Shown one piece after another: positions 37,938 to 48,264 of a stretch of DNA of 50,638 nucleotides; the first letter of the stretch is position 1; each line of letters opens with the position of its first letter. Source of the stretch: an uncultured Gammaproteobacteria bacterium. Its GTDB lineage: Bacteria; Patescibacteriota; Patescibacteriia; Magasanikbacterales; JBBTQS01. The stretch lies in assembly GCA_964627525.1 (NCBI GenBank), contig CAZVIA010000007.1, positions 1 through 50,638 of the forward strand. Direction: 5' to 3'. A program made the translations under genes and the position numbers. The notes beneath the pieces are model-generated. The model was not told the origin of the DNA, ran no database searches, and saw only the letters and a program-made list of their open reading frames with translations.

Positions 37938-38041
37938 ATTCCTCCCTTCTGGCATTAAGTACCAGAGATCACAATAACATACACAGATTTTTTGTCAATA
38001 ATCATAATAAGGAGTAAGATAAGGATAAATAACACAAAAAT

Positions 38042-38773
38042 ATGCTTTTAGGAAAATTTATAATGATAGATGGAATTGATGGTTCTGGCAAAAGTACAAT
38101 AATCAATACTTGGGAGGATATTTTAGAAAAATCTGGGAAAAAAGTTTTTGAATTAAAAAGTTTTTGGGAAAAACACAATCGTCATCCAGAGTTAGAAGAA
38201 ATTCCAGAAAATACTTTTGCAATAATTTCTGCAGAGCCAACTTATGTTTGGACAGGTTCAGCAGTTAGGCAAGAGTTAATACAAAATGGAAAAGGTTATT
38301 CAGCACTTGCAGTTGCAACAGGTTTTTCTTTACAAAGATTAGTTTTGTACAAAAGAATTTTAGTTCCAGCGCGCGAAAAAGGAATTCACATAATTCAAGA
38401 TAGGGGAGTTTCAACTTCTTTGTGTTATCAGCCAATTCAATCAAATGGAGAAATTAGTATGGATGAAATTGCGCAACTAGAAGGTAATGCGTTTGCTTTG
38501 GAAAATGCACCAGATATTTTGATGTTATTAGATATTTCTCCAGAAAAATGTATGGAAAGATTAGGGGGTCGTACAGAAAAAAATGACAATGCAATTTTTG
38601 AGCGCTTAGATTTTCAGAAAAAAACAGATCAGTGTTATAAGTCAGAAGAATTTTTAAGTTTTTTCAGATCAAAAGGAACACAGATTGAGAGCTTTAACGC
38701 AGACCAAGAACTTGATATACTTAAATCACAGTTACATTCTTATTTAATTAATTATTTATCTATTGAAATATGA
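38042..38773 (+). CDS. tmk: Thymidylate kinase
   Basis: IDGIDGSGKST, IQDRGVSTSLCYQ, PDILMLLDISPE. Confidence 0.88.
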   Translation: MLLGKFIMIDGIDGSGKSTIINTWEDILEKSGKKVFELKSFWEKHNRHPELEEIPENTFAIISAEPTYVWTGSAVRQELIQNGKGYSALAVATGFSLQRLVLYKRILVPAREKGIHIIQDRGVSTSLCYQPIQSNGEISMDEIAQLEGNAFALENAPDILMLLDISPEKCMERLGGRTEKNDNAIFERLDFQKKTDQCYKSEEFLSFFRSKGTQIESFNADQELDILKSQLHSYLINYLSIEI

Positions 38774-39720
38774 AGATGTTATTATCTCCTTCACATATTT
38801 TGGAACAAGGTTGGGGTCTTTATAAAAAAGGGTTAAAATTATTTACAAAATTTAGTGGCTTGGTAATAATCATGCAAATATTAGGCTTGGTTATTAGCTT
38901 GATCGTAATGGTTATGCTGGCAATTAATTTTGCTTCTGTTGCAGAATATGCAGAAATGTCAGGATCTGAATTAAGTAGTATTCCAGGGTTGTCTGGTTTA
39001 GTTGCTGGTCTAGGTGTCGGCGGTTCAATTTTAATAGTATTGGTTCTTGCAATTCTTGTTGGTTTAATATCAATTTGGGTTAATTTGTGTTTTATTCGTG
39101 CAGCAGAAGATATTGCAACAAATCATCCAGATAAAACAGTTTTTAGTTTGTTTGGAAAAACCAAAAAACAGATTTGGCGATCAATTTTAGCGAGTTTATT
39201 AATTAGTTTGATTGTTGGAGGGCTTGGAACATTGTGGATTTTATTATTTGTGGTGATAGGTGTGGCGCTTACTGGTGTTTTAGGAGGATTTTTAATAGCA
39301 ATAGGAATAATTGGAGGATTAATTTTGTTTGTGTGGTTGGGTAGTATTTATTTCTTCCCGCTTTATGAAATTGTTATTGGAAATACTGGTGTAATGGAAT
39401 CTTTGAAAAATAGTAAAAAATTATTTAAAGGAAGGTTTTGGAAGATTTTTGGTCGGTTGTTGTTTCTTGGAGTTATTGTAATGTTGATTGGTCTTGGTTT
39501 TTCAGTATTAGTTGGAATTTTGACTTTAATATTTGGAGCAATTTTTGGATTGGAAAGTACAGCTACAACATTGTTTAATATTATAATAAATCTTTTCCCA
39601 TTAATTTTCTTGTTACCATATACAACTTGTCTTTACTACATCTTATATAAATCTGCAAAAGACACTGTTGGTGTGGTTGAAACAAGTCCAAAAACAGAAG
39701 ATCTTGCACCAAGTGCGTAA
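38770..39720 (+). CDS. Multi-pass membrane protein
   Basis: About 6 hydrophobic helices; ESLKNSKKLFKGRFWKIFGR motif; ATGA coupling with tmk. Confidence 0.75.
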   Translation: MKMLLSPSHILEQGWGLYKKGLKLFTKFSGLVIIMQILGLVISLIVMVMLAINFASVAEYAEMSGSELSSIPGLSGLVAGLGVGGSILIVLVLAILVGLISIWVNLCFIRAAEDIATNHPDKTVFSLFGKTKKQIWRSILASLLISLIVGGLGTLWILLFVVIGVALTGVLGGFLIAIGIIGGLILFVWLGSIYFFPLYEIVIGNTGVMESLKNSKKLFKGRFWKIFGRLLFLGVIVMLIGLGFSVLVGILTLIFGAIFGLESTATTLFNIIINLFPLIFLLPYTTCLYYILYKSAKDTVGVVETSPKTEDLAPSA

Positions 39721-39723
39721 GCT

Positions 39724-41274
39724 ATGAAGTATTTACCAATTATTGGTTTGGAAATTCATGTTCAGCTCAAAACAGATTCAAAAATGTTTTGTGGTTGTGC
39801 AAATCGTTTTGAGGAGGATGTTCGTGTAAACACGAACATCTGTCCTGTTTGTACTGGTCAACCTGGAGTTTTGCCAGTTCCAAATCAGCGAGCAATTGAA
39901 TATTCTGTAAAAGCTGCATTAGCTTTGAATTGTAATATAAATGAAGTGTCAAAGTTTGATCGCAAGAATTATTTTTATCCTGACTTACCAAAAGGTTATC
40001 AGATTTCACAATTTGATCAGCCAATTGGTGAACACGGTGCTTTTACAGTTGAAGTTCCTTTAGAAGATGGTTTGGCAAAAGACGCTAATAAAAAAAACAG
40101 TCGTTTGATAAATAAAAAAATTGGTATTACACGTTTGCATTTAGAAGAAGATGCTGCAAAGTTGTTGCATCGCAAAGATAAATCTTTGGTTGATTATAAT
40201 CGTTCGTCTGCGCCTTTGGCAGAAATTGTTACTGAGCCAGATATGCGATCACCAGCTGAAGCAAAAGTTTTTTTACAAGAATTAAGATTGTTAATGAGAT
40301 ATTTGGGAGTGTCAGATGCTGATATGGAAAAAGGTCAGTTGCGTTGTGATGTGAATATAAGTTTGTTGCCTTTGGAAGATAAAGATGATGTAGATTTTTC
40401 AGATGTTGAATTAAATCCAAAAACTGAAATTAAAAATGTAAACTCATTTCGTTCTGTTGAGCGTGCTTTGGTTTATGAAATTAAACGTCAAACAGATTTG
40501 TGGGAAAAAGGTACTCCTCCAAATGTTTTGACTACTCGTGGTTGGAATGATGTTAAAGGAGAAACAACTGAACAAAGAATAAAAGAAGAAGCACATGATT
40601 ATCGTTATTTTCCAGAGCCAGATATTCCACCGATGAATTTAGGTGTTATTGCACAAAAAACTCGTTTGCCAGAACTTCCTTCAGAGCGCCGTGTAAGATT
40701 TGAAAAAGAATACGGTTTTGGAAAAGAAGAAATAGAAATGTTTGTTCAGGATAAAGCTTTGGGAAATTATGCTGAAACAGTTTATTCAGAATTTGGAGCT
40801 TGGTTGCAAGCTGAAAAAATTGAGATACAAGAAAATAAAATTAAAGCTGCGAAATTAGTTGGTGGTTGGATTACAAACAAGTTGGTTGGTTTAATGTCTG
40901 ATAAAAAAATCACAATTCAAGATATAAAAATTACTCCAGAAAATTTTGCTGAACTACTTGTGATAATTTTTCAGGAAAAAGTTAATAGTTCTAATGCTAC
41001 AAAATTATTAAGTTTGATGTTGTTAAGTAATTCTGATCCATCTCATTTAATGGAAGAACATGGATTTGGTCAGGTGAGAGATATTGGGGCAATTATTGAA
41101 GTTGTAAAAAATGTTATTGAACAAAACCCATCACAAGTTACAGCTTATAAAAATGGTAAGGAATCTTTGATGAAATTTTTTGTTGGAATGTGTATGAAAG
41201 CAACTGAAGGTGCGGCAGATCCAAAAATGTGTGAACAAGAATTGGAAAAACAACTTGGGGAATTTGGGGAATAA
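39724..41274 (+). CDS. gatB: Asp/Glu-tRNA amidotransferase subunit B
   Basis: IGLEIHVQL, KNYFYPDLPKGYQISQ, HLEEDAAK, RCDVNIS, YRYFPEPD. Confidence 0.96.
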   Translation: MKYLPIIGLEIHVQLKTDSKMFCGCANRFEEDVRVNTNICPVCTGQPGVLPVPNQRAIEYSVKAALALNCNINEVSKFDRKNYFYPDLPKGYQISQFDQPIGEHGAFTVEVPLEDGLAKDANKKNSRLINKKIGITRLHLEEDAAKLLHRKDKSLVDYNRSSAPLAEIVTEPDMRSPAEAKVFLQELRLLMRYLGVSDADMEKGQLRCDVNISLLPLEDKDDVDFSDVELNPKTEIKNVNSFRSVERALVYEIKRQTDLWEKGTPPNVLTTRGWNDVKGETTEQRIKEEAHDYRYFPEPDIPPMNLGVIAQKTRLPELPSERRVRFEKEYGFGKEEIEMFVQDKALGNYAETVYSEFGAWLQAEKIEIQENKIKAAKLVGGWITNKLVGLMSDKKITIQDIKITPENFAELLVIIFQEKVNSSNATKLLSLMLLSNSDPSHLMEEHGFGQVRDIGAIIEVVKNVIEQNPSQVTAYKNGKESLMKFFVGMCMKATEGAADPKMCEQELEKQLGEFGE

Positions 41275-41301
41275 TTTTTTTGGAAAATTATTTAAAAAAA
41301 T

Positions 41302-42474
41302 ATGCGTAAAATACAATCACGAAAAAACTGGAAAGATATAAAGGTGTTGTTGCGTCTTGATTTAAATGTTCCAATTGCAAATGGTCGTGTTTTAGATGAT
41401 ACAAGAATTCGCGCAGCTATGCCAACAATAAAATGGCTAAGCAAAAAAGGTGCGATTGTAATTATTTTGGCGCATCTTGGGCGTCCAGACGGAAGAAAGA
41501 AAAAAGAGTTGAGTCTAAAGCCAGTGGTAGATCATTTAAGTCAGTTAGTGGGAGATCGTATTGCATTTTTAACAACTCCGATTGGTAGAGGATTGTTATC
41601 AAATCAATTGTCTGTTTTAGAATCAGGAAGAGTTGTGGTTTTGGAAAACATTCGTTTTTATAAAGGTGAAAAAGGTAATGATCCGGATTTTGCAAAAAAA
41701 CTTTCTAAGCTTGGGCAAGTTTTTGTTAATGATGGTTTTGCTGTAAGTCATAGAAAGTCTGCAAGTGTTGTCGGTGTTGCTGAACATTTAAAATCTTATG
41801 CAGGTTTAAGAGTTCAAGATGAAGTAAGGGCAATGAAAAAAGTTATTGTACCAAAAAGTCCTTCGATTTTAATAATTGGTGGAATTAAAATTGAAACTAA
41901 GTTGCCGGTTATTAGAAGTTTGTTGCCAAAATTTGATGCAGTATTAGTTAGTGGTGGAGTTTTTAATACAATTTTAGCTGCAAAAGGATATTTAGTCGGA
42001 GCTTCACGTGTAGATAAAGAATATTTTAAAGAAGCAAAGTGGTTAGCTAAACAGAAAAAAGTAATCACTCCAATTGATGCTGTTTTGGGAACAAGAGATT
42101 GTAAAAAGTTGCAGCAGATTCCAATTCCAAAAGAAAAAGGAATTTTGGGTGAGCCGCCTTTGGAAATTATGGACATGGGGCCAGCAACAATTGCTTTGTT
42201 TGAAGAATATATTTCAAAAGCAAAAACAATTGTATGGAATGGACCAGTTGGTTATGCAGAAGAGTCGTGTTATAGAGTTGGAACAGATGCTCTTGGAAAA
42301 GCTGTTGGCAAGCGTGCAAAGAAAGGTGCCTTTGTGTTGGTGGGTGGTGGAGAAACAGTTGAGGCTTTGAAAAGAAGTCGTATGTTACAATATATAACAC
42401 ACGCCAGTACTGGTGGTGGAGCAATGTTAGATTACTTATCTAGGAAAAAATTACCAGGATTAGAAATTTTATAA
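41302..42474 (+). CDS. pgk: Phosphoglycerate kinase
   Basis: LRLDLNVP, AHLGRP, LENIRF, WNGPVG, GGGET, STGGGA. Confidence 0.95.
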   Translation: MRKIQSRKNWKDIKVLLRLDLNVPIANGRVLDDTRIRAAMPTIKWLSKKGAIVIILAHLGRPDGRKKKELSLKPVVDHLSQLVGDRIAFLTTPIGRGLLSNQLSVLESGRVVVLENIRFYKGEKGNDPDFAKKLSKLGQVFVNDGFAVSHRKSASVVGVAEHLKSYAGLRVQDEVRAMKKVIVPKSPSILIIGGIKIETKLPVIRSLLPKFDAVLVSGGVFNTILAAKGYLVGASRVDKEYFKEAKWLAKQKKVITPIDAVLGTRDCKKLQQIPIPKEKGILGEPPLEIMDMGPATIALFEEYISKAKTIVWNGPVGYAEESCYRVGTDALGKAVGKRAKKGAFVLVGGGETVEALKRSRMLQYITHASTGGGAMLDYLSRKKLPGLEIL

Positions 42475-42504
42475 AAATTTATTATAAATAATTAATTTAA
42501 AAAT

Positions 42505-43263
42505 ATGATGGAGTCAAAATTTTTCAAAACATTTGTCGGAATTTTATTAGTGCTATTAATTATTTTTGTTGTGGCTGAAGGTCGCAATACAATTCGTGAA
42601 TATAAATATATTGGAAGCAATCCAGAATCACAAGCAACAATAGCTGTAACAGGAGAAGGGGAAGTTAGTGCAGTGCCAGATGTTGGTCAAGTGGTTATTG
42701 GTGTTGAGTCAAAAAATGACACAGCGAAAGATGCACAAATGAAAGTTAATGAAAAAATGATAAATATTTTAGAAGCAGTTGAGGCACAAAATATTGATAA
42801 AAAAGATATTAAAACCAAAACTTTAAATGTTTATCCAACAACTCGTTGGGATCGTGATTTAAATCAGTCAGTGGCTGATGGATATAAAGCATCGCAATCA
42901 ATTACTTTGAAAATTCGTGATATAGAAAATATTAGTACAGTGGTTGATGAGGTTATGGCTGCTGGTGCAGACTCAATGAGTCAGTTGCAATTTATAATTG
43001 ATGATGAAGATGATTTAAAACGTGACGCACAACAACAAGCAATTGCTCAAGCAAAAGAAAATGCAAAAAAATTAGCAAAAGATTTGGGTGTTGAGTTGGT
43101 GAGGATTTTAGATTTTAGTGATACAGGATCTTCTGCGTCAGTTATGCGTTATGAAACAGCTTTTGCTTTAGATGGTATGGGTGGTGGTGGAGCAGAGCCA
43201 GCAATTGAACCTGGTGTAAATGAAATAAAATCTAATATCACATTAATTTACGAAATTAGATAA
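42505..43263 (+). CDS. SIMPL-domain (DUF541) protein
   Basis: IAVTGEGEVSAVPD, IDKKDIKT, AQAKENAKKLAKDLG. Confidence 0.85.
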   Translation: MMESKFFKTFVGILLVLLIIFVVAEGRNTIREYKYIGSNPESQATIAVTGEGEVSAVPDVGQVVIGVESKNDTAKDAQMKVNEKMINILEAVEAQNIDKKDIKTKTLNVYPTTRWDRDLNQSVADGYKASQSITLKIRDIENISTVVDEVMAAGADSMSQLQFIIDDEDDLKRDAQQQAIAQAKENAKKLAKDLGVELVRILDFSDTGSSASVMRYETAFALDGMGGGGAEPAIEPGVNEIKSNITLIYEIR

Positions 43264-43278
43264 TTTTTTAAAAAACTT

Positions 43279-44535
43279 ATGGCAAAGCCAACTATAAAAG
43301 AAATCAAAGCACGTGAGATAATTGACTCACGTGGAAATCCAACAATTGCAGTGCAAGTTGTTTTGACAAATGGAATTATTGGGCGTGCGTCTGTTCCTTC
43401 TGGAGCTTCAACTGGAATTCATGAAGCACATGAACTGCGTGATGGTGATAAAAAAAGATATAATGGTAAGGGTGTTTTAAAAGCTGTAAAAAATGTTAAT
43501 ACAAAAATTGCAAAAGCATTAAAAGGCGCTGATCCAACAAAGCAAAGACAAGTTGATGAAACAATGTTGGCTTTAGATGGAACTGAAAATAAAACTAAGT
43601 TGGGAGCAAATGCAATTTTGGGTGTTTCTTTGGCAGTGGCTTATGCAGCATCAGCTAGTTTGGACAAACCTTTATATAAACACATTCGTCAGCTTTGGAA
43701 TTCAAAAGAAAAAAAATGGCGCATGCCTCAGCCAACAATGAATGTGATCAATGGTGGTCAGCATGCTAATTCAGGTTTGCAAGTTCAGGAGTTTATGGTT
43801 GTGCCGTTTGCTTCAAAGTTTAAAGAAAGAGTGCGTAAGGGTTCAGAAGTTTTTCATGCATTGAAAAAAATATTGGACAAAGGTGGTTACTCAACTGGAG
43901 TAGGTGATGAAGGTGGTTTTGCTCCAAAGTTAAAAACAGAAGAACAGGCTTTTACAATTTTGATGAAAGCAATTCGTCAAGCTGGTTATACTCCTGGAAA
44001 AGATGTTGCTTTGGCAACTGATATTGCTGCGTCAGAATTTTTTGCTAAAGATAAATATGAATTGAAAAAAAGTAAAAAGTGGTCAGCTGATCGAATGATT
44101 CAACAAGTTGTGAAATGGTTTAATAATTATCCGATTGTTTCAATTGAGGATCCTTTGGCAGAAGATGATTGGGCTAGTTGGCGTGAGATCACAACACAGT
44201 TAGGGAAAAAAGTTCCAATTGTTGGTGATGATTTGTTTGTGACAAATGTAGATCGTTTGCAAAATGGAATTGATAATGGTGTGGCAAATGCAATTTTGAT
44301 TAAGGTAAATCAAATTGGTTCCCTAACAGAAACACTTGACACAATTCGCTTAGCACAGAAGAATGGTTATAAGGTTTCAGTTTCTCATAGAAGTGGTGAA
44401 ACTTCAGACACAACAATTGCTGATTTGGCGGTTGCTGTAAATGCTGATTTTTTGAAGTCAGGTTCAATGTCTAGAAGTGAGCGAGTTGGAAAATATAATC
44501 GTGTAATGGAAATTGAAGCTGAATTAGAAAAATAA
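43279..44535 (+). CDS. eno: Enolase
   Basis: DSRGNPT, VPSGASTG, GDEGGFAP, GDDLFVTN, SHRSGET. Confidence 0.98.
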   Translation: MAKPTIKEIKAREIIDSRGNPTIAVQVVLTNGIIGRASVPSGASTGIHEAHELRDGDKKRYNGKGVLKAVKNVNTKIAKALKGADPTKQRQVDETMLALDGTENKTKLGANAILGVSLAVAYAASASLDKPLYKHIRQLWNSKEKKWRMPQPTMNVINGGQHANSGLQVQEFMVVPFASKFKERVRKGSEVFHALKKILDKGGYSTGVGDEGGFAPKLKTEEQAFTILMKAIRQAGYTPGKDVALATDIAASEFFAKDKYELKKSKKWSADRMIQQVVKWFNNYPIVSIEDPLAEDDWASWREITTQLGKKVPIVGDDLFVTNVDRLQNGIDNGVANAILIKVNQIGSLTETLDTIRLAQKNGYKVSVSHRSGETSDTTIADLAVAVNADFLKSGSMSRSERVGKYNRVMEIEAELEK

Positions 44536-44539
44536 TTTT

Positions 44540-46123
44540 ATGTCAGAGCAAAAAACAAAACCAGTTGTATTAGTAATTTGTGATGGGCTTGGTGTTGCAC
44601 CAGCAGGTTCTGGTAATGCTGTTGTGCTTGCAAAAACTCCGAACCTAGATCGTTTAATTAAAACTTATCCAGCCATGACAATTATTTCGTCAGGTGTTGA
44701 GGTTGGTTTGTCTCGTGGTGAGATGGGGAATTCTGAAGTAGGGCATTTAAACATTGGTGCTGGCAGAGTTTATTATCAAATGCTTCCAAGAATTGGGAAA
44801 TCAATTGCTGATAAAAGTTTTTTTGAAAATAAAGCATTGGTTGGAGCAATTGAGCATTCAAAAAATAAAAAAACCGCATTGCATATAATGGGAATTATTA
44901 GTCCTGGAAATGTTCATGGTTCTGAAGAGCATGTGTGGGCTATTTTAGAAATGGCAAAACAACAAGGTGTGTCGCAGGTTTATGTTCATGCTTTTCTTGA
45001 TGGTCGTGATGTTGGTTTTGATACAGCACAAAAATTTATTCCTCGACTGCAGGAAAAAATGAAAGAAATTGGGATTGGTGAGATTGCAACAATGTCTGGT
45101 CGTTATTTTGCATTGGATCGTGATAATCGTTGGGACAGAGTTCAGCAAGCTTATGATGCGATTGTAAAAGGTGAAGCAAAAAATTCTGGAGAAGATCCTG
45201 TTAAATTAATTCAGGAATCTTATGAGAAAAAAGTTTATGATGAGGAGTTTGTGCCAACTGTAATTATAAAAGGTGGTAAGCCAATTGCAACTGTTAAAGA
45301 AGGTGATGCAATGATTTTTAGTAATTTTCGTCCAGACCGTGCGCGTCAAATTACAAAAGCTTTTGTTGTGCCAAATTTTGATAAGTTTGAGCGTGAATAT
45401 TTGCGTGATTTATATTTTGCAGCAATGGCTGAATATGAAAAAGGTTTGCCAGTGGAAATTGGTTTTCCGCCAGAGGTTGTAAAAAATTGTTTAGCAGAAG
45501 TTATTAGTGGTGCCGGATTAAAACAATATCATATTGCTGAGACTGAAAAATATGCTCACGTGACTTTCTTTTTAAATGGTACGGTTGAGGATCCTTTTGA
45601 GGGAGAGGATCGTCAGATAGTTCCTTCGCCAAAAGTTGAGTCATATGCAGAGGCGCCAGAAATGTCTGCTCCAGAAGTTACAAAAGAAACTGTAAAACAA
45701 ATTGAGTCGGGCAAATATGATTTTATTGTTTTGAATTTTGCAAATGCAGATATGGTTGCACATACAGGTGATCAGCCTGCAGCTATTAAAGGTGTTGAAG
45801 CTGTAGATGTTGGTATTGGAAAAATTGTAGATGCAACTTTGGCAAAAGGTGGTGCAGTTTTAATTACAGCAGATCATGGTAATGGTGAAAACTTAACAAA
45901 TGTACATACTGGTCAAATGGATAAAGAGCACAGCACAAATCCAATTCCGTTTTTGATAATTGGAAAACAATGGGAAGGTGTGAGTGGTCCAGCTGGTGAT
46001 GTGATTGAAGGGGATTTAAGTGCTTCGCCTCCGGTTGGAATTCTTGCAGATGTTGCACCAACTGTGTTAAAAATATTAGGTATAGATCAGCCAGAAGACA
46101 TGACTGGTCGAGCATTAATTTAA
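44540..46123 (+). CDS. gpmI: 2,3-bisphosphoglycerate-independent phosphoglycerate mutase
   Basis: MGNSEVGH, DGRD, NFRPDRA, ETEKYAHVTFF, NADMVAH, TADHGN. Confidence 0.96.
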   Translation: MSEQKTKPVVLVICDGLGVAPAGSGNAVVLAKTPNLDRLIKTYPAMTIISSGVEVGLSRGEMGNSEVGHLNIGAGRVYYQMLPRIGKSIADKSFFENKALVGAIEHSKNKKTALHIMGIISPGNVHGSEEHVWAILEMAKQQGVSQVYVHAFLDGRDVGFDTAQKFIPRLQEKMKEIGIGEIATMSGRYFALDRDNRWDRVQQAYDAIVKGEAKNSGEDPVKLIQESYEKKVYDEEFVPTVIIKGGKPIATVKEGDAMIFSNFRPDRARQITKAFVVPNFDKFEREYLRDLYFAAMAEYEKGLPVEIGFPPEVVKNCLAEVISGAGLKQYHIAETEKYAHVTFFLNGTVEDPFEGEDRQIVPSPKVESYAEAPEMSAPEVTKETVKQIESGKYDFIVLNFANADMVAHTGDQPAAIKGVEAVDVGIGKIVDATLAKGGAVLITADHGNGENLTNVHTGQMDKEHSTNPIPFLIIGKQWEGVSGPAGDVIEGDLSASPPVGILADVAPTVLKILGIDQPEDMTGRALI

Positions 46124-46127
46124 ACAT

Positions 46128-47213
46128 ATGAAAATTGTAATTCGTGCAGGTGGACATGGTACAAGATTATGGCCTTTGTCTCGTCGTCGTAAACCAAAAC
46201 AGTTTCATAAGATTTTAGGAGACAAAACTTTACTGCGTCAAACTTTTGAACGTGTGTTTCCTTGTGTTAAACAATCAAGTGATATTTTTGTTTCTGTGAA
46301 TGAAGAATATGTTGAAGCATTGGCTGAAGTTTTACCAGAGATTCCAAGTGAAAATTATATCCTTGAACCAGAAGTTAGAAATACTGGTCCGGCAATTGCT
46401 TTGGAAACTGCTTTTTTGTTAGAGCATGGAGTTGATAAAGATGAAATGATTGCAACTTTGCCGTCAGATGATTTTGTTTCAAATGAAAAAGCTTTTCACG
46501 CAATGCTTCAGGATGTTGAAAAGTTTTTGAAAAAACACGATGAATTTATTGTTGCACCTTCTGCTATTCCATCAGTTCCAAGTGATGGATATAGTTATAT
46601 GAGTCCAGGTGAGTTAATAAAAAAAGTTCATGTGTATGATTTTAATTTGGTTGCAGATTGGGTTGAAAAACCTTCACAAGCTGAAAGTCGTGAGATGATA
46701 AATTCTGGTCGTTACTTTGCGCACACTGGAATGTATATGTGGCAACTTGGCACTTCAGCAAAATTGTTTAAAAAGTTTCAAAAAGATGCTTGGGAAAAAG
46801 TTGAGCAAGTTGTGCAGGCAATGAAAAATAATGATGGATCAAAAGTTCATGAAACTTATAATGCTTTGCCAAAACAAACTATTGAAAGTTTTTTGATTCA
46901 TCATGTAACTGAAATTGCTACTGTGTCTGACAAAGAGATGGGGTGGAGTGATGTTGGGAAATGGCAAATTGTTAAACATTTAAAAAAATCTGATAAAGAT
47001 AATAGTGTTCATCATGGTGCAGTTGTTACACACAAAAGTTCTGGAAATTTCATAATGGCTCCAGATGAAAAAGTTGTTGCGGTTGTTGGGATGGAAGATG
47101 TTGTGATTGTTGATACTGAAGATGCTTTGTTGGTTTGTACTGCAGAGCAAAGTGGTGACATAAAAGATGTTTTGAAAAAAGTTGAAAAAATAGAAAAAGG
47201 CCGGTTTATTTAA
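46128..47213 (+). CDS. Mannose-1-phosphate guanylyltransferase-like sugar-phosphate nucleotidyltransferase
   Basis: AGGHGTRLWPLSR..KPKQF, EPEVRNTGPA, WVEKP, GWSDVG, DTEDALLV. Confidence 0.88.
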   Translation: MKIVIRAGGHGTRLWPLSRRRKPKQFHKILGDKTLLRQTFERVFPCVKQSSDIFVSVNEEYVEALAEVLPEIPSENYILEPEVRNTGPAIALETAFLLEHGVDKDEMIATLPSDDFVSNEKAFHAMLQDVEKFLKKHDEFIVAPSAIPSVPSDGYSYMSPGELIKKVHVYDFNLVADWVEKPSQAESREMINSGRYFAHTGMYMWQLGTSAKLFKKFQKDAWEKVEQVVQAMKNNDGSKVHETYNALPKQTIESFLIHHVTEIATVSDKEMGWSDVGKWQIVKHLKKSDKDNSVHHGAVVTHKSSGNFIMAPDEKVVAVVGMEDVVIVDTEDALLVCTAEQSGDIKDVLKKVEKIEKGRFI

Positions 47214-47224
47214 AAACAAAAAAA

Positions 47225-48262
47225 ATGCGTAAAACAATTTTTGGAATAATTATTTTGTTGGTCGTGTTGTACGGCTTTAGTTTGATTAGTAGAATTTATT
47301 TTGGCGAAGGTGAAGGTGAGGTTGCAATCACAATTGAAAAAGGCGAACAACTTGTAAGTGTTGCTGGAAAATTAGTTGCTGGAGAAGTTTTGCGTGATGA
47401 CGATATTTGGTTATTTGATTTGTATGCTCGAGTGACTGATAAAGATCGTGCAATTAAAGCAGGAAGTTTTACTTTAGCAAAAGACATGCCAATTGCAGAT
47501 ATTTTTGTGTTGCTTTCTGTGCCTTCAAGTACAGAGCGGAGTTTAACTTTTATTGAAGGTTGGAATTTGCGAGACATTGCAGAATATTTGTATGAACAAG
47601 ATATTATAAAAGGAGAAAAAGATTTATATGAAATTACTGGTGTGCCTGCGCGAGATTATAGAATAGAAAAAGGTGTACCAGAACATCCAATTACAAATAT
47701 TGGTGAACCAAATAAAGAAAAACCAAATTATGTGAGTTTGGAAGGGTATTTATTTCCAGACACATATCGTTTTTATGAAAATGTAACAGTTGATGAAATT
47801 GTTCAGACTTTAGTAAATGAGTTTGATGAAAAATATACTGAGTTGGACAAAAATGCTGATCATTCAAATGACTTTAATTATACTTTTCATGAGTTAATAA
47901 CAATGGCAAGTATTATTGAAGCTGAAGTTCAGAGTACTGAAGATCGTCGTAAGGTTGCTGATATAATGTGGCGTCGCTTGGAAGATGATTGGCCTTTGCA
48001 AGTTGATTCTTCTGTAAATTATGTGACTCAAAAAAATACACCATCAGCAAGTGCAAAAGATCTGCAAGCTGATTCAAGATATAACACTTATAAAAATCGA
48101 GGATTACCACCAGGTCCAATTAATAATCCAAGCTTGGATGCTTTTAAAGCAACAGTCAGTCCAATTAAAAATGATTTTTGGTTTTTTCTGACAAGCCCTG
48201 ATGGAACAGTCCATTATGCAAGAACAATTGAGGAGCATGCGGCAAATAGAAAATATTTGTGA
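47225..48262 (+). CDS. mltG: Endolytic transglycosylase MltG
   Basis: LEGYLFPDTY, MASIIEAE, LQVDSSV, YNTYKNRGLPPGPINNP. Confidence 0.93.
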   Translation: MRKTIFGIIILLVVLYGFSLISRIYFGEGEGEVAITIEKGEQLVSVAGKLVAGEVLRDDDIWLFDLYARVTDKDRAIKAGSFTLAKDMPIADIFVLLSVPSSTERSLTFIEGWNLRDIAEYLYEQDIIKGEKDLYEITGVPARDYRIEKGVPEHPITNIGEPNKEKPNYVSLEGYLFPDTYRFYENVTVDEIVQTLVNEFDEKYTELDKNADHSNDFNYTFHELITMASIIEAEVQSTEDRRKVADIMWRRLEDDWPLQVDSSVNYVTQKNTPSASAKDLQADSRYNTYKNRGLPPGPINNPSLDAFKATVSPIKNDFWFFLTSPDGTVHYARTIEEHAANRKYL

Positions 48263-48264
48263 AT